A DNA stretch of 64,000 nt, from positions 22,779 through 86,778 of the forward strand of contig CAWDMF010000006.1 in assembly GCA_963803185.1 (NCBI GenBank), given 5' to 3'. The notes under the pieces were generated by a model. That model was not told where the DNA came from and made no database searches. It was given only the letters and a program-made list of their open reading frames with translations. This stretch comes from an uncultured Gammaproteobacteria bacterium (GTDB taxonomy: Bacteria; Pseudomonadota; Gammaproteobacteria; SZUA-229). Shown in pieces: positions 1 to 9,700 of this stretch; within the stretch, counting starts at the first letter, position 1, and each line of letters begins with the position of its first letter. The position numbers were made by a program, and so were the translations under genes.

Positions 1-1
1 C

Positions 2-154
2 CTGAAAGGACAGCATCATGCCTATTTATTACGCCAGTTAAAATGGATTCGGGATGGATATCGAAAAAATGCTAATGAGGCGATGCTCAGCGAGGTCAAA
101 GCTTTAGCGGATGATGAGCTGGATGCGGTGGCAGATTATTTGTCCAGGCTTTAA
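2..154 (+). CDS. C-terminal fragment of a c-type cytochrome (gene starts before the window)
   Basis: Frame is open from the window edge to TAA at 152-154. Translation ...LKGQHHAYLLRQLKWIRDGYRKNANEAMLSEVKALADDELDAVADYLSRL resembles the C-terminal tails of cytochrome c4/c5 (…LsDedidaLAaYlasl). Confidence 0.35.
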   Translation: MKGQHHAYLLRQLKWIRDGYRKNANEAMLSEVKALADDELDAVADYLSRL

Positions 155-221
155 ATTTCACGGCAACTTATTATATATATTACAATATCTTACCGTAACA
201 TTATAATGTAATTTCTTGTTT

Positions 222-1139
222 TTATCTGCAACAAGGCTGCACTTTATATTGCACCCAAAGCTGATGCACCTTTCCCGGTTCTATTATAAGGCTGTCTTCT
301 GCTGCGTTGCTGCTTTCGACGCAGAGCATTTTTTTATAGCCATCTTTACCCAGATCACCCATCTTATTGGCGGTTTCCTGCCAGGGGTTCCAGACCACCG
401 TTGAGTGGCTGCCGCATTTATTGATAACTATATCTCGCTTTAGTACTTTGTCTTCGATGACACAGTCGCCGGCCGTGTCGAGGTATATCCGGTCGACTTC
501 TTCCTTGAAGATGACCGGGCCATGCTGATATTTTTGTTTGAAACCGTCGAGTTTATCGAGATATTTGGCCTCGTCCAGACCGTATAGTAATACCTTGCTG
601 ACATCGCTCACCTTAAAATAGGTATGTAGTGCCTGGCTGATGGTGACTGGCTTTGAACCGTTGTTGCGGGTGATAAGCTCCATCTGCAGTTTTTTACCGA
701 TGGTTACCTGAAATTGCACCGTTGTGTCCGCTGGCCACATGGCTTCTGTTTCGGGCTGTGGCCGGGTAGTGAAATTGATGCGAGTGCTGCCATCGCCCAA
801 TGCTTCTGTGGTGAGAATTTGCCAGACTGTGGTGCGGGCAAATCCGTGAGCGGGATAGTCTGTATTGGTCTCATGTGGGCCAAACCAGGGCCAGCAAATA
901 GGAATGCCGCCACGTACTGATTTACCTGCTGCGAACGTCGCCTCTTCTGATAACCAGATGACTTCTTCTTCATCTTTTGGTATCCAGCTAAGCAGGTGCG
1001 CACCTTGCAGACAGATTGTAGCAGTGGCCTGTTCGTTTTGTATCTCAACGATTGGGTTGCCACTTTTGCCTGTTTTGAAATGCAGGTTATTATTGTCAAC
1101 CTGTAGTGCGAATTCGTTGTTTAGCTGTTCCAGGTTCAT
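222..1139 (-). CDS. Aldose 1-epimerase family protein, D-hexose-6-phosphate mutarotase (YeaD-like)
   Basis: 305-aa ORF with motif GGIPICWPWFGP and a HGFAR region typical of the YeaD / glucose-6-P 1-epimerase family. Confidence 0.7.
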   Translation of the reverse strand: MNLEQLNNEFALQVDNNNLHFKTGKSGNPIVEIQNEQATATICLQGAHLLSWIPKDEEEVIWLSEEATFAAGKSVRGGIPICWPWFGPHETNTDYPAHGFARTTVWQILTTEALGDGSTRINFTTRPQPETEAMWPADTTVQFQVTIGKKLQMELITRNNGSKPVTISQALHTYFKVSDVSKVLLYGLDEAKYLDKLDGFKQKYQHGPVIFKEEVDRIYLDTAGDCVIEDKVLKRDIVINKCGSHSTVVWNPWQETANKMGDLGKDGYKKMLCVESSNAAEDSLIIEPGKVHQLWVQYKVQPCCR

Positions 1140-1206
1140 ATCTGTATTTTGTTCTTTTATGGAGAATTATTATTTTAGCGTGACGTTATTATACGGCTTT
1201 TTCGTA

Positions 1207-1836
1207 TTATTTTTTATTCTGATTTTTTACAATTTTTTCCAGTACTTGTTTTGCTTGCTGGCTGTCTTCAGCCAGTTTTTTTCTGATGTCGCCTGGTATC
1301 GCCCTGGTTCTTCCCTGTTGGAGCCAGTTTTGTGTTTGCGCCAGTTGGTTTAAATGTTGAATGCGGTGCCCGGTATCCGGATGTGAGCTTAAAAACTGTG
1401 GAACATCCAGGCCTTTTCCCTGATGATCCTGTTTAAGTATCTCGAATAATTCTGTAGATGACTGCACGTGTCCATAATAGGCATGCATTACTTTAATGCC
1501 CTCGTCATCTGAATCCTGTTCCTGTTCCCGGTTGAAACTTAACATGGTTATCATACTGGTATCGGTTAGTACGCTGGCAACTGAATCGGATGACTGGCCG
1601 AGTACGGTGCTGAGTACCAGACCAATGACAACGCCTTTACCAAGGGCTTTAACCGGATGGCGCAATTTTATGTGGCCGATTTCATGCCCCAGTAACATAA
1701 CCAGGGTGTTTTCGTTTGGCAATTTTTCCAGCAGGCCACGATAAATCATCACGTGGCCACCTAATGTCGCCATTGCGTTTACAATCTCCTCATCCACATA
1801 GTGTAACGTTATTTTCATACCTTCAGGTAATGCCAT
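1207..1836 (-). CDS. M48-family zinc metallopeptidase (HExxH). The frame stays open upstream to about 2121 and encodes an N-terminal TM helix but has no canonical start codon
   Basis: Motif LLGHEIGHIKLRH. Upstream in frame (1837-2121) encodes ...FSFLISVVLAAVIIITAILAV..., a TM anchor typical of M48 peptidases, with no ATG/GTG/TTG. Confidence 0.7.
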   Translation of the reverse strand: MALPEGMKITLHYVDEEIVNAMATLGGHVMIYRGLLEKLPNENTLVMLLGHEIGHIKLRHPVKALGKGVVIGLVLSTVLGQSSDSVASVLTDTSMITMLSFNREQEQDSDDEGIKVMHAYYGHVQSSTELFEILKQDHQGKGLDVPQFLSSHPDTGHRIQHLNQLAQTQNWLQQGRTRAIPGDIRKKLAEDSQQAKQVLEKIVKNQNKK

Positions 1837-2111
1837 ATATGGAGTGATTTTATCGGCCAGGTCCTGAAGATACGCGTCTATTTCGTTACTTTCGTCGTTT
1901 AGGTTTTTGCTAACGGATTGTGAGAGTGAGGCTTCAATTTCAAAGGGAATATATTCAGCCAGCCAGTCAATTGATACGGCAAGGATGGCAGTAATAATAA
2001 TTACTGCGGCTAAAACAACGGAAATTAAAAAAGAAAACTCTTTTAACGGGTGTGTTTCTGTGGTGTTTATCCCTTCCGGTATTTCCGGGTTACGGTATTT
2101 CAGAATTAAAC

Positions 2112-2579
2112 CTACTGTGGATTAACTGGTATTAAAGCGGTGCCATAAGCCAGTACTTCTATTGAACCAATTTTTCCTTTTGCACTTTTTGAAATAGATG
2201 CGGTTTCCAGTTTTATATTAAATACTTTATTTGCGCCATGATCATCGGCACTTTTTTTCATGCGCAAAATTGCTTCACGCCGCGCCCGGTCTAACAAACT
2301 TTCGTAAGAGACAACTCGGCCACCAATAAGAGTGCGCAGTGAAGCCAGAAAACGTTTGAAGTAGTCGACGGAAATAACGACGCTGCCGGTTACCAGCATG
2401 CTGGCGTCTGATGATTGTGCCGAAAATGAATCCTGCGGTGGGATTCGGCTGCTTATTGCAGCAATATGCCGGTACTGTGTTTCGCGTTTTATTATGGATT
2501 TGTAGTGACGTTTCTCGGCAATGCGTCCGAAGAAATATCCAAAGGCTAATAATGTCGCTAATACAATTAGATCTGCCAT
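2112..2579 (-). CDS. YbjQ/UPF0145-family protein with N-terminal TM segment
   Basis: C-terminal region GSVVISVDYFKRF...GGRVVSYESLLDRARREAILRMKKSADDHGANKVFNIKLETASI matches the YbjQ fold. Start placed at ATG 2579 (MADLIVLATLL...), immediately after the upstream stop; the track ORF starts at 2615. Confidence 0.55.
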   Translation of the reverse strand: MADLIVLATLLAFGYFFGRIAEKRHYKSIIKRETQYRHIAAISSRIPPQDSFSAQSSDASMLVTGSVVISVDYFKRFLASLRTLIGGRVVSYESLLDRARREAILRMKKSADDHGANKVFNIKLETASISKSAKGKIGSIEVLAYGTALIPVNPQ

Positions 2580-2583
2580 TCTG

Positions 2584-2898
2584 TTACTCCATGATGACGG
2601 CTGTTCCATAGGCAAAAAGTTCTGCTGCGCCCTGGGTAACCGATGATGTCGAAAAACGTACGTTTAGCACAGCGTTAGCGCCAACAGCTTCAGCCTGTTG
2701 TTTCATACGGTTTACAGCCTCTTCTCTGGATTCGTGTAATAACTCGGTATAACCATGTAGCTCACCACCGAATATGTTTTTTAAACTGGCCATAATGTCA
2801 CGGCCCAAATGCTTTGTTCTAACCGTGCTGCCCTGCACTAAACCCAAATGCTCTTTAATATGTTTTCCAGGAATAATTTCCATGTTGCTTACAATCAT
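2584..2898 (-). CDS. YbjQ/UPF0145-family (heavy-metal-binding-like) protein
   Basis: 104 aa. HLGLVQGSTVRTKHLGRDIMASLKNIFGGELHGYTELLHESREEAVNRMKQQAEAVGANAVLNVRF is a canonical YbjQ domain. Confidence 0.65.
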   Translation of the reverse strand: MIVSNMEIIPGKHIKEHLGLVQGSTVRTKHLGRDIMASLKNIFGGELHGYTELLHESREEAVNRMKQQAEAVGANAVLNVRFSTSSVTQGAAELFAYGTAVIME

Positions 2899-3090
2899 TG
2901 TTTTACCTTTCCATTAATAAATTAATTAAAGTATGTAGTATAGACATATACCAGGAAAAATTATTGGTGACAGTCTCAGAACTAAAACTACTGCGCCTGA
3001 TCACGATGGCTGTTTTAAATCTGTGCTCAATGCAGGGAAGCGGAATGAAACAGCTTGCTGCTAGTCTCACCTTCAGCAGACAACATCAAC

Positions 3091-3615
3091 TCAATCTATC
3101 AATATACGATGGAATTTAGTTTCATGGCATTTCGGGCATGGCGGGATTCTGCTGGCCTGATGAAAATGCAGTTTTTCTTCGCATTCATCACAAATCAGTG
3201 TACCGGGACCGGTAACTTCTCCAGTATGATAGACAGAAGGCAGCCTGGCATTTTCTTTCATTCTCAGAAGTTCGACAGTGGTTTTGTCGGCTGTTTCCAA
3301 TAACATGTAGAGCAATGCACTTTCGATCAAGGTGGCTTCAAAACCAAGCCAGTCTTTGAGTCTGTCGTCTGTTTCAGCCATATGATCAATGGCATCATCT
3401 AAATCACGTTTCAGCCATACAGTCAGTTTTTCTGCATCCTCTTCTGTCAGTTCATCCAGTTTTACCGCTTTGTCTCTGGCTTCATCAATATATTTGTGCA
3501 GTAAAGGGCCGGTATGCTTTTTCACGTTTTTCAGGCTTTCAGCAACACGCTCGTACATGGTTTCATAAGCTGCGCCGAGGGCATCGAGCGGGTCTACGTG
3601 TATGGGTTTTTTCAT
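3091..3615 (-). CDS. Zinc-ribbon-containing protein (C-x2-C-x15-C-x2-C at the C-terminus), DUF1451-like
   Basis: 174 aa with a helical N-terminal part and a CDECEEKLHFHQASRIPPCPKCHETKF zinc ribbon. Its start ATG overlaps the upstream stop (ATGA). Confidence 0.45.
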   Translation of the reverse strand: MKKPIHVDPLDALGAAYETMYERVAESLKNVKKHTGPLLHKYIDEARDKAVKLDELTEEDAEKLTVWLKRDLDDAIDHMAETDDRLKDWLGFEATLIESALLYMLLETADKTTVELLRMKENARLPSVYHTGEVTGPGTLICDECEEKLHFHQASRIPPCPKCHETKFHRILID

Positions 3616-3824
3616 GATTTCTCCAGGTACGTTTCTACAAGAACGCTATTTAATGCAGCCTGTCTATTTTCAGGTTGATTCAAATCAACAGTAAGCATGA
3701 TATGTTTCATCGCTTTTACCCTTTTATATCCTGTTTTTTTATTAACTGCAATCACTACTGTTCCGTTAATACTAGCTAGTGACATAAACCGGAGACGCGG
3801 CGTAGACCCATGCATGAATCTCAT
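3612..3824 (-). CDS. Small hypothetical protein translationally coupled to the zinc-ribbon gene
   Basis: 70-aa ORF whose TGA overlaps the ATG of the downstream gene (tcATGAaaaaaccc). No recognisable family; the start is uncertain (internal Met possible). Confidence 0.3.
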   Translation of the reverse strand: MRFMHGSTPRLRFMSLASINGTVVIAVNKKTGYKRVKAMKHIMLTVDLNQPENRQAALNSVLVETYLEKS

Positions 3825-3910
3825 GTTTGAGGAACAGTAGTGAACTGCAATGACTCTGGCTATACGCTAATCTTTATCTCTGGCGTTTGATCCAATGAAC
3901 AGAAGCGTTT

Positions 3911-4479
3911 TAACCCGGATATTTCATAGCAGCACTATAGATCTCACTTCACATTATGATTGCTATAACAAATACAGGTATATTAGAAAACCACACTAGG
4001 TACCTGGCAACGCTCGGCAATTGCCGAATGGTTATGCTTTAATCACGGGCGTCCTGCCCGTTACCCTACGGGCTCGCTTCGCTCACGTAAAATTGTTCCT
4101 ACAGTTTTATCGGCGAATCGTACAAACCACCGCCACGGATGGCGGAAGTGTCGATTTTGCATCGTTACATGGCAAGGATTGTTCCTACAATCCTATTGCA
4201 TTTCCTCCATCCATGGAGGTCAGATGTAACTTATTAGGGCAACGCATATGTCCATGGTTGAAAGTTGCTCCTTGCATTTTCCACACTTCCCACATCCATG
4301 TGGGTCGGATGGACGGACAGATATTTGCTCCTGCAATATCTGCACTTCCACCATCCGTGGTGGGCGTACTAGGGTAACGCAGGAGCAGTTGCCGAGGAGC
4401 ATCACTTCGACCTGGCTCACTGACTGATTTTATAAAATATGCCCCATTGTCTGCATTCCTATGAAATATCCGGGTTAAG
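3911..4479. repeat. Composite palindromic/MITE-like element bounded by 17-bp terminal inverted repeats TAACCCGGATATTTCAT / ATGAAATATCCGGGTTA, with nested sub-terminal inverted repeats and four internal hairpin units
   Basis: Left TIR at 3911-3927, right TIR at 4461-4477. Sub-terminal complementary blocks are CTCGGCAATTGCCG (about 4011) against CAGTTGCCGAGG (about 4388), and GTTACCCTA (about 4062) against TAGGGTAAC (about 4370). Four spaced palindromes lie inside: CCGCCACGGATGGCGG (4127), CCTCCATCCATGGAGG (4204), CCCACATCCATGTGGG (4289), CCACCATCCGTGGTGG (4348). The same TIR pair occurs with only a 9-nt loop at 25597-25643. Confidence 0.7.
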
Positions 4480-4562
4480 GCAATTTCACAGCAGTATCCT
4501 ATAATATTAAGCAGAGTTAACAAAATGAACTAAAATATTAATAACTTACATTCGGCCATATT

Positions 4563-4844
4563 ATGAAATATTTATTTTTATCGTTATTGTTGCTATCCGT
4601 CCCTGCGCATGCCGACAAGATTTACAGCAATCAAAAATGTCTACAAATGTACCTGGACGTAATGCTTGATCTTGAAACCAGTAGAGTACCGCCAGCAGAG
4701 ATCATGTATTACTACGCTCAGATGTGCATACCTGTCAAACAACATGAGCCTGAATACACCACATTGAAAAATGCGGTGTTATCTGATGAACTGGTTGTAG
4801 CTATCAAGGCCAAACTTGCTGAGCAAGATTTAATTAAGCTATAG
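4563..4844 (+). CDS. Small secreted hypothetical protein (signal peptide)
   Basis: 93 aa. MKYLFLSLLLLSVPAHA is a Sec signal. No recognisable domain. Confidence 0.4.
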   Translation: MKYLFLSLLLLSVPAHADKIYSNQKCLQMYLDVMLDLETSRVPPAEIMYYYAQMCIPVKQHEPEYTTLKNAVLSDELVVAIKAKLAEQDLIKL

Positions 4845-4982
4845 AACATAATCAGATTTGCCACGGCAGAATGTTTATCTCTGCCTGTATTTAGTTACCT
4901 GGTATTGGTGTTATTGATTTTTAAGATAGCCTGGTCCGCACTGACTTTGCCTGCAGCAAAAGTGCTGTTTATTTCTAGCTGA

Positions 4983-5225
4983 TTAGGCAAGCGCAAAGTG
5001 CATAACTACTTTCACAATACCGACAATAAACAATATAAATAAAACGGCAAATATAATACCGCCAAAAACAAAGTGGTGAAACTTGCCATGCTCAAAATCA
5101 CGCTCTCGATTGGTTTTGCTTTGCACTCCAAACCAGGCGGCGATAATACTACCCATAAATGAAAATGGCGTAATTTTTTTATGTTTTTCAGGTTTTTCTG
5201 TGGTCATAGTATTAAGCAATGGCAA
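4983..5225 (-). CDS. Small membrane protein, DUF2970-like
   Basis: 80 aa with two hydrophobic segments and a central FGVQSKTNRERDF motif typical of DUF2970. Confidence 0.45.
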   Translation of the reverse strand: MPLLNTMTTEKPEKHKKITPFSFMGSIIAAWFGVQSKTNRERDFEHGKFHHFVFGGIIFAVLFILFIVGIVKVVMHFALA

Positions 5226-5267
5226 TTAAATAAAACTCATCTATATTAAGTTATCCTAATATTAAAT

Positions 5268-6146
5268 TCAATCAACATTCAAATTTTTAAGGAAGCTTTT
5301 AAACTTATCAGCCATTTCATCATGTTGAAGTGCAATCTCAACATTAGCTTCTAAGTAACCGTTTTTACTACCGCAATCATAACGGCGACCTTCAAAACTA
5401 TAAGCAAATATCTCTTCTGTTTTTCTGAGCTCAGCGATAGCATCCGTTAACTGTATCTCATTACCAGCTCCACGCTGCGTTGTTTTGAGCTTGTTAAATA
5501 TTTCAGGCGTCAGGATATAACGCCCTACAATTGCCTGATCAGAAGGCGCTTCAGCCGGTGCTGGTTTTTCAACAATGTCATCTACCCGTGATAATCTATC
5601 TGCAAGTTTAGGTCCTGCGACCATACCATATTTATCACTTTCAGTTATCGGCACCGTTTGTGTACCGATGACACTGCCCTGCTTTTCTTTGTATACCTCA
5701 ACCATCTGTTGAATACAGCTGGCTCCGCCTTTGTTATAAATCAGGTCATCAGGCAATAACACAGCAAATGGATCTTTGCCAACCGCTGGCTCTGCGCACA
5801 ATACAGCATGCCCTAAACCCAAAGCTTCCGACTGGCGTATAAATACACAATGAATATGTGCTGGCACCACATCCTGTACTATTTTGAGTAATGCAGTTTT
5901 ACCTCTCAGGCTTAGTTCGGTTTCAAGCTCATAGGCTTTATCATAATGATCGATTATCGCATTTTTAGTGCGACCGACAATAAACACCAGCGTATCCATA
6001 CCGGCAGCTACCGCTTCTTCCGTCGCATATTGTATTAACGGTTTATCAACCACGGTCAACATTTCTTTTGCGATGGCTTTTGTTGCCGGTAAAAAACGTG
6101 TCCCTAATCCGGCAACAGGAAAAACAGCTGTACGAATAGCGCTCAT
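5268..6146 (-). CDS. galU: UTP--glucose-1-phosphate uridylyltransferase
   Basis: The N-terminus AVFPVAGLGTRFLPATKAIAKEMLTVVDKPLIQY is the GalU signature. 292 aa. Confidence 0.9.
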   Translation of the reverse strand: MSAIRTAVFPVAGLGTRFLPATKAIAKEMLTVVDKPLIQYATEEAVAAGMDTLVFIVGRTKNAIIDHYDKAYELETELSLRGKTALLKIVQDVVPAHIHCVFIRQSEALGLGHAVLCAEPAVGKDPFAVLLPDDLIYNKGGASCIQQMVEVYKEKQGSVIGTQTVPITESDKYGMVAGPKLADRLSRVDDIVEKPAPAEAPSDQAIVGRYILTPEIFNKLKTTQRGAGNEIQLTDAIAELRKTEEIFAYSFEGRRYDCGSKNGYLEANVEIALQHDEMADKFKSFLKNLNVD

Positions 6147-6401
6147 ATAAAGACTCCAAAGTTTTTTAAATAAAACCGTATTTTAAACTATGTTGGCATG
6201 CAAGTTCGAACGACTATGTTAAAATTCGATCCATATTGTAAATTGAGTGCTTTGCACGATGTCGGTTTTTTGTCATGGTAAGACAAAAATGATCGAAAAA
6301 GCGCAGTTTATACGTAGTAAATGAGCATTTAGACCATTTTTAACGCCACCATGGCGCAAAAGATGCTTCGTGCAAGGCTTATCAAATTAAAATGAATAAT
6401 T

Positions 6402-6726
6402 ATGACCTATGTAGTCGTTGAAGATTGTATTAAATGCAAACACACTGATTGTGTTGACGTCTGTCCTGTTGACTGTTTTCATGAAGGGCCGAATTTTCTG
6501 GTGATAGACCCGGAAGAATGTATTGACTGTACCTTATGTGAACCTGAATGCCCTATAGGCGCCATTTTTGCGGATGATGATGTTCCCGAAGGGCAGGAGC
6601 ACTTTACCGCACTCAATGCAGAATTAAGCCTGGAATGGCCGGTAATTAACGTTAGTAAAGAATGCACTTCCCGACGCGGCTGAATGGGAAGGTGTTCCCG
6701 ACAAGTTAAAATTACTGGAAAGATAG
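6402..6726 (+). CDS. fdxA: 7Fe ferredoxin (FdxA type) with an apparent 1-nt frameshift near 6650
   Basis: The track ORF 6402..6683 encodes [18 protein letters not shown]...[12 protein letters not shown] and stops early at ...[15 protein letters not shown]. Reading one base off from about 6650 gives [25 protein letters not shown] (stop 6724-6726), the conserved FdxA C-terminus. Confidence 0.75.
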
Positions 6727-6761
6727 AAGTCTAAAAACATAACTACAAAAAAATAGCTTCT

Positions 6762-9700
6762 GTGACACAGTCATCCACCACTGTCGTTCAACCTGATCAA
6801 AACATCCTTCAATTTGCCGCTGAATTTATTTTTAATAAGTTTAGCGGTAACAATTATTCTGTTCAGGCACCTGATTTTTCAAAGCTATTTGTATTATTAC
6901 CACATGCACAGGTAGTACAGCCATTCAACGAAGCTCTGTGTCGTTCACTCGGCCCGAATCTACCAGCCATTACGTCCAGGGATGGACCGTATTTCGCAAA
7001 GAGCCAGGACGGCGGTGCGATTATTCCACCATGGGCCGATACACTAAAAGCCTGGACAAAACACTTTGTCTGTAACCCGCAACCTGAGATAAATGACAGT
7101 TGGCAAATTATCAGCGAGCAGACACGCCAGTTACTGTTTATCGAAGCATTACAGCAACATCCCGACCTGTTCAAAGCAGAAAACCAGTGGCAGGTCACGC
7201 AGGCACTACTCAGCCTGTTTGATGAACTCAGTTTAAACCAGCAGGATATTTTTAGCTCGCCGGAACAACTGGCGCAGCAGCTCCAGCAAGCCTATGGTAT
7301 AGAGGAGCAGCATGATCACCTGCTATACGAGAGTAAACTGGTTTACACCCTGTGGCATGCCTGGCAAAAACAACTGAGTGAAAATCAGTTATATGATGAA
7401 ACCGCTGACTATCTGAGCCGCTTAAAAAATGCACCTACTGTGATTAACAAACAGCAGCAATTCATCTGCCTGGGGCTTTCACAATATACAAAAACCGAGC
7501 AGGACTTTATTCAATATTTAATCAACAATAAACAATGCCACGTCATTGATTTTAGCAGCACTATCAGGTGTGAGAAGGGCAATCACGTTACTAACGAGGC
7601 TACTACTAACACTGAAACCAGCAGTACATTCGCTGTTTTTATTAGCGAAACGTTCGCCCAATCAACACAATCAATCAAACAGCGTGCTGTAGATTTTGCC
7701 AGACAATACCCTGAAACCACATCCGCTAATCTCCCTTTCTCCACCTACCTTGCCAGTAATGAAGAAGAGCAAATACGTGCAATTGATTATTATGTTCGAC
7801 TCAGGGTACTGAACGGTAATAATAATATTGCTATTATTAGTGAAGATAGAAAATTATCGCGCCGCTTACGAGCCGTACTTGAACGTGCAAATATTCAACT
7901 ACAGGATAAAGCCGGCTGGTCACTGGCAACAACACAGGCCGCGACCATTATTGAGCGCTGGCTGGAATGTATCGAAGAAGATTTTAGTGCCTACGCCTTA
8001 CTTGACTGCTTAAAATCGCCGTTCTTCAATATTACTGCTGTAGAGACTGCTTCACCCGAAAATGCATCAATAAGGGACAACTTCAAAAAAAATATCTATC
8101 GCTTTGAACATGATTTAATTTTTCATGAAAATGTCAGCAGTAATATTGAGCAATACAAAGCTAAATTAAAACAACGCATAGCTCGTCTTTCACACTGGCC
8201 CGAAAATACTTACGATGAGTTAATAAATACCTTAAATTTTATTCAAAAGACCGCTGCCCCATTAACGAATTTTTATTCCAGCGAAAAAAACGTTGCCTTA
8301 TCTGATTTACTTGATGCGTTATACAATAGCCTGCAACAGCTCGGTATTTTACAGAGTTACCAAAATGATAATGCAGGCCTGGTATTACTCAAAACGTTTG
8401 CAATGCTAAAACAAAGTATTAGCTGTTCAAACCCAACATTAAGCTGGTATGACTTTCGCACCTGGTTAAGCATGGCACTTGAATCACAGCATTTTACGCC
8501 ACCAACAAATGATAGCCGTGTACAATTAATGACTCTGGAACAAGCCTCATTTGTTAATTTTGACTGCCTTGTTATTGCTGCCACCGAATCACAACACTAT
8601 CCAGGTAGTGCCAAAAATCAGCCTTTTTTCAATCAGGCAGTGCGTACTTCCCTGGGACTTGAAACCTGGGACAGGCAACGCGAACAGCGCCATCAATGTT
8701 TTAATCGCGCTTTACTATCGGCACCAGACATTTTATTAACGGCCTGCAACGAAGAAAACGGCGAAGAAAAACCGGTTTCACCCTGGTTAGAATTACTTAT
8801 CAATTTTTATCAACTTGCCTATAACCGGAAACCGGATAACACACATTTACACCAGCTTGTTTTATCAAACAGTGAAGTTTTTAATTGTGATGTTGCTGAA
8901 CTTCCTCAGCTAGCATCAAAACCTGCAGTGATTATCCCTGAAGATTTAATTCCTGAAAAGATTTCTGCAAGCGCCTATCAACGAATTATTAACTGTCCTT
9001 ACCAGTATTTTAGTGCCGATGGATTACGACTAAAGCCATTGGAAGAAATAACTGAGGAATTGAAAAAATCCGATTACGGTGAGCGCATCCATCTAATTTT
9101 GCAGTGCTTTCATCACGGGCATATACTGCCAGGGATGGCAGGTAGCAGGGCAATGCAGGAGCAGCGAAGCGGTGTGCCGGAAAAATTTGTCAAGGCATTC
9201 AGCCATGCAATAACACAGGAAAACGCTAAACAGGCCGAACAATATTTATCAAAACTGTCCGAAAGAGTATTTCTTGCTGATTTAGAAAATAACATACTGC
9301 ATAGAAGCTGGTTATATCGCTGGCAAAAACATATACCAGCCTATATAAACTGGCAGATCAAACAACAGCAGGAGTGGTCAACATCTCTCAGCGAAAAAAA
9401 CCTTGAAGTAACACTGGGTGAAACAGTAACAATAGTCGGCAGGCTCGACCGCATTGATAAGAATAAAGAAAATAATACACACGCTATTATTGATTACAAA
9501 ACAGGTAAAACGGCCCGGCAGGAAGATATCGACATTGGTGAAAATGTGCAGCTCTCTATCTATGCCTTACTTGATCACGAAGCCAGTGAAGTCAGTTACT
9601 TATCGCTGGACTCTTCCTATCAAAAAGTTGAAAGCAGAGCTTCTTTGTCAGGAGAAGATTTAGAAATAAACCGTGAACAAAATAAACAACGTTTAATCCA

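Noticed and set aside
1907-2125. Plus-strand ORF overlapping the M48 upstream region
   Set aside because: It lies antisense to a clearly protein-like TM-encoding frame of the M48 gene, has no homology and a poor start context.
4090-4365. Four regularly spaced hairpin units looked CRISPR-like at first glance
   Set aside because: The units are not identical direct repeats (only short shared cores), spacing is irregular (77/85/59 bp), each unit is itself palindromic, and no cas genes or leader are present. It fits a REP/MITE-type array inside a foldback element, not a CRISPR array.
4021-4523. ORFs predicted inside the repeat element (4021..4377 +, 4185..4523 -, 4220..4420 -)
   Set aside because: They overlap each other on both strands, begin at non-ATG codons, have odd composition (Cys/His/Pro-rich, driven by GC-rich palindromes) and lie wholly inside a non-coding-looking structured repeat. 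Likely spurious.
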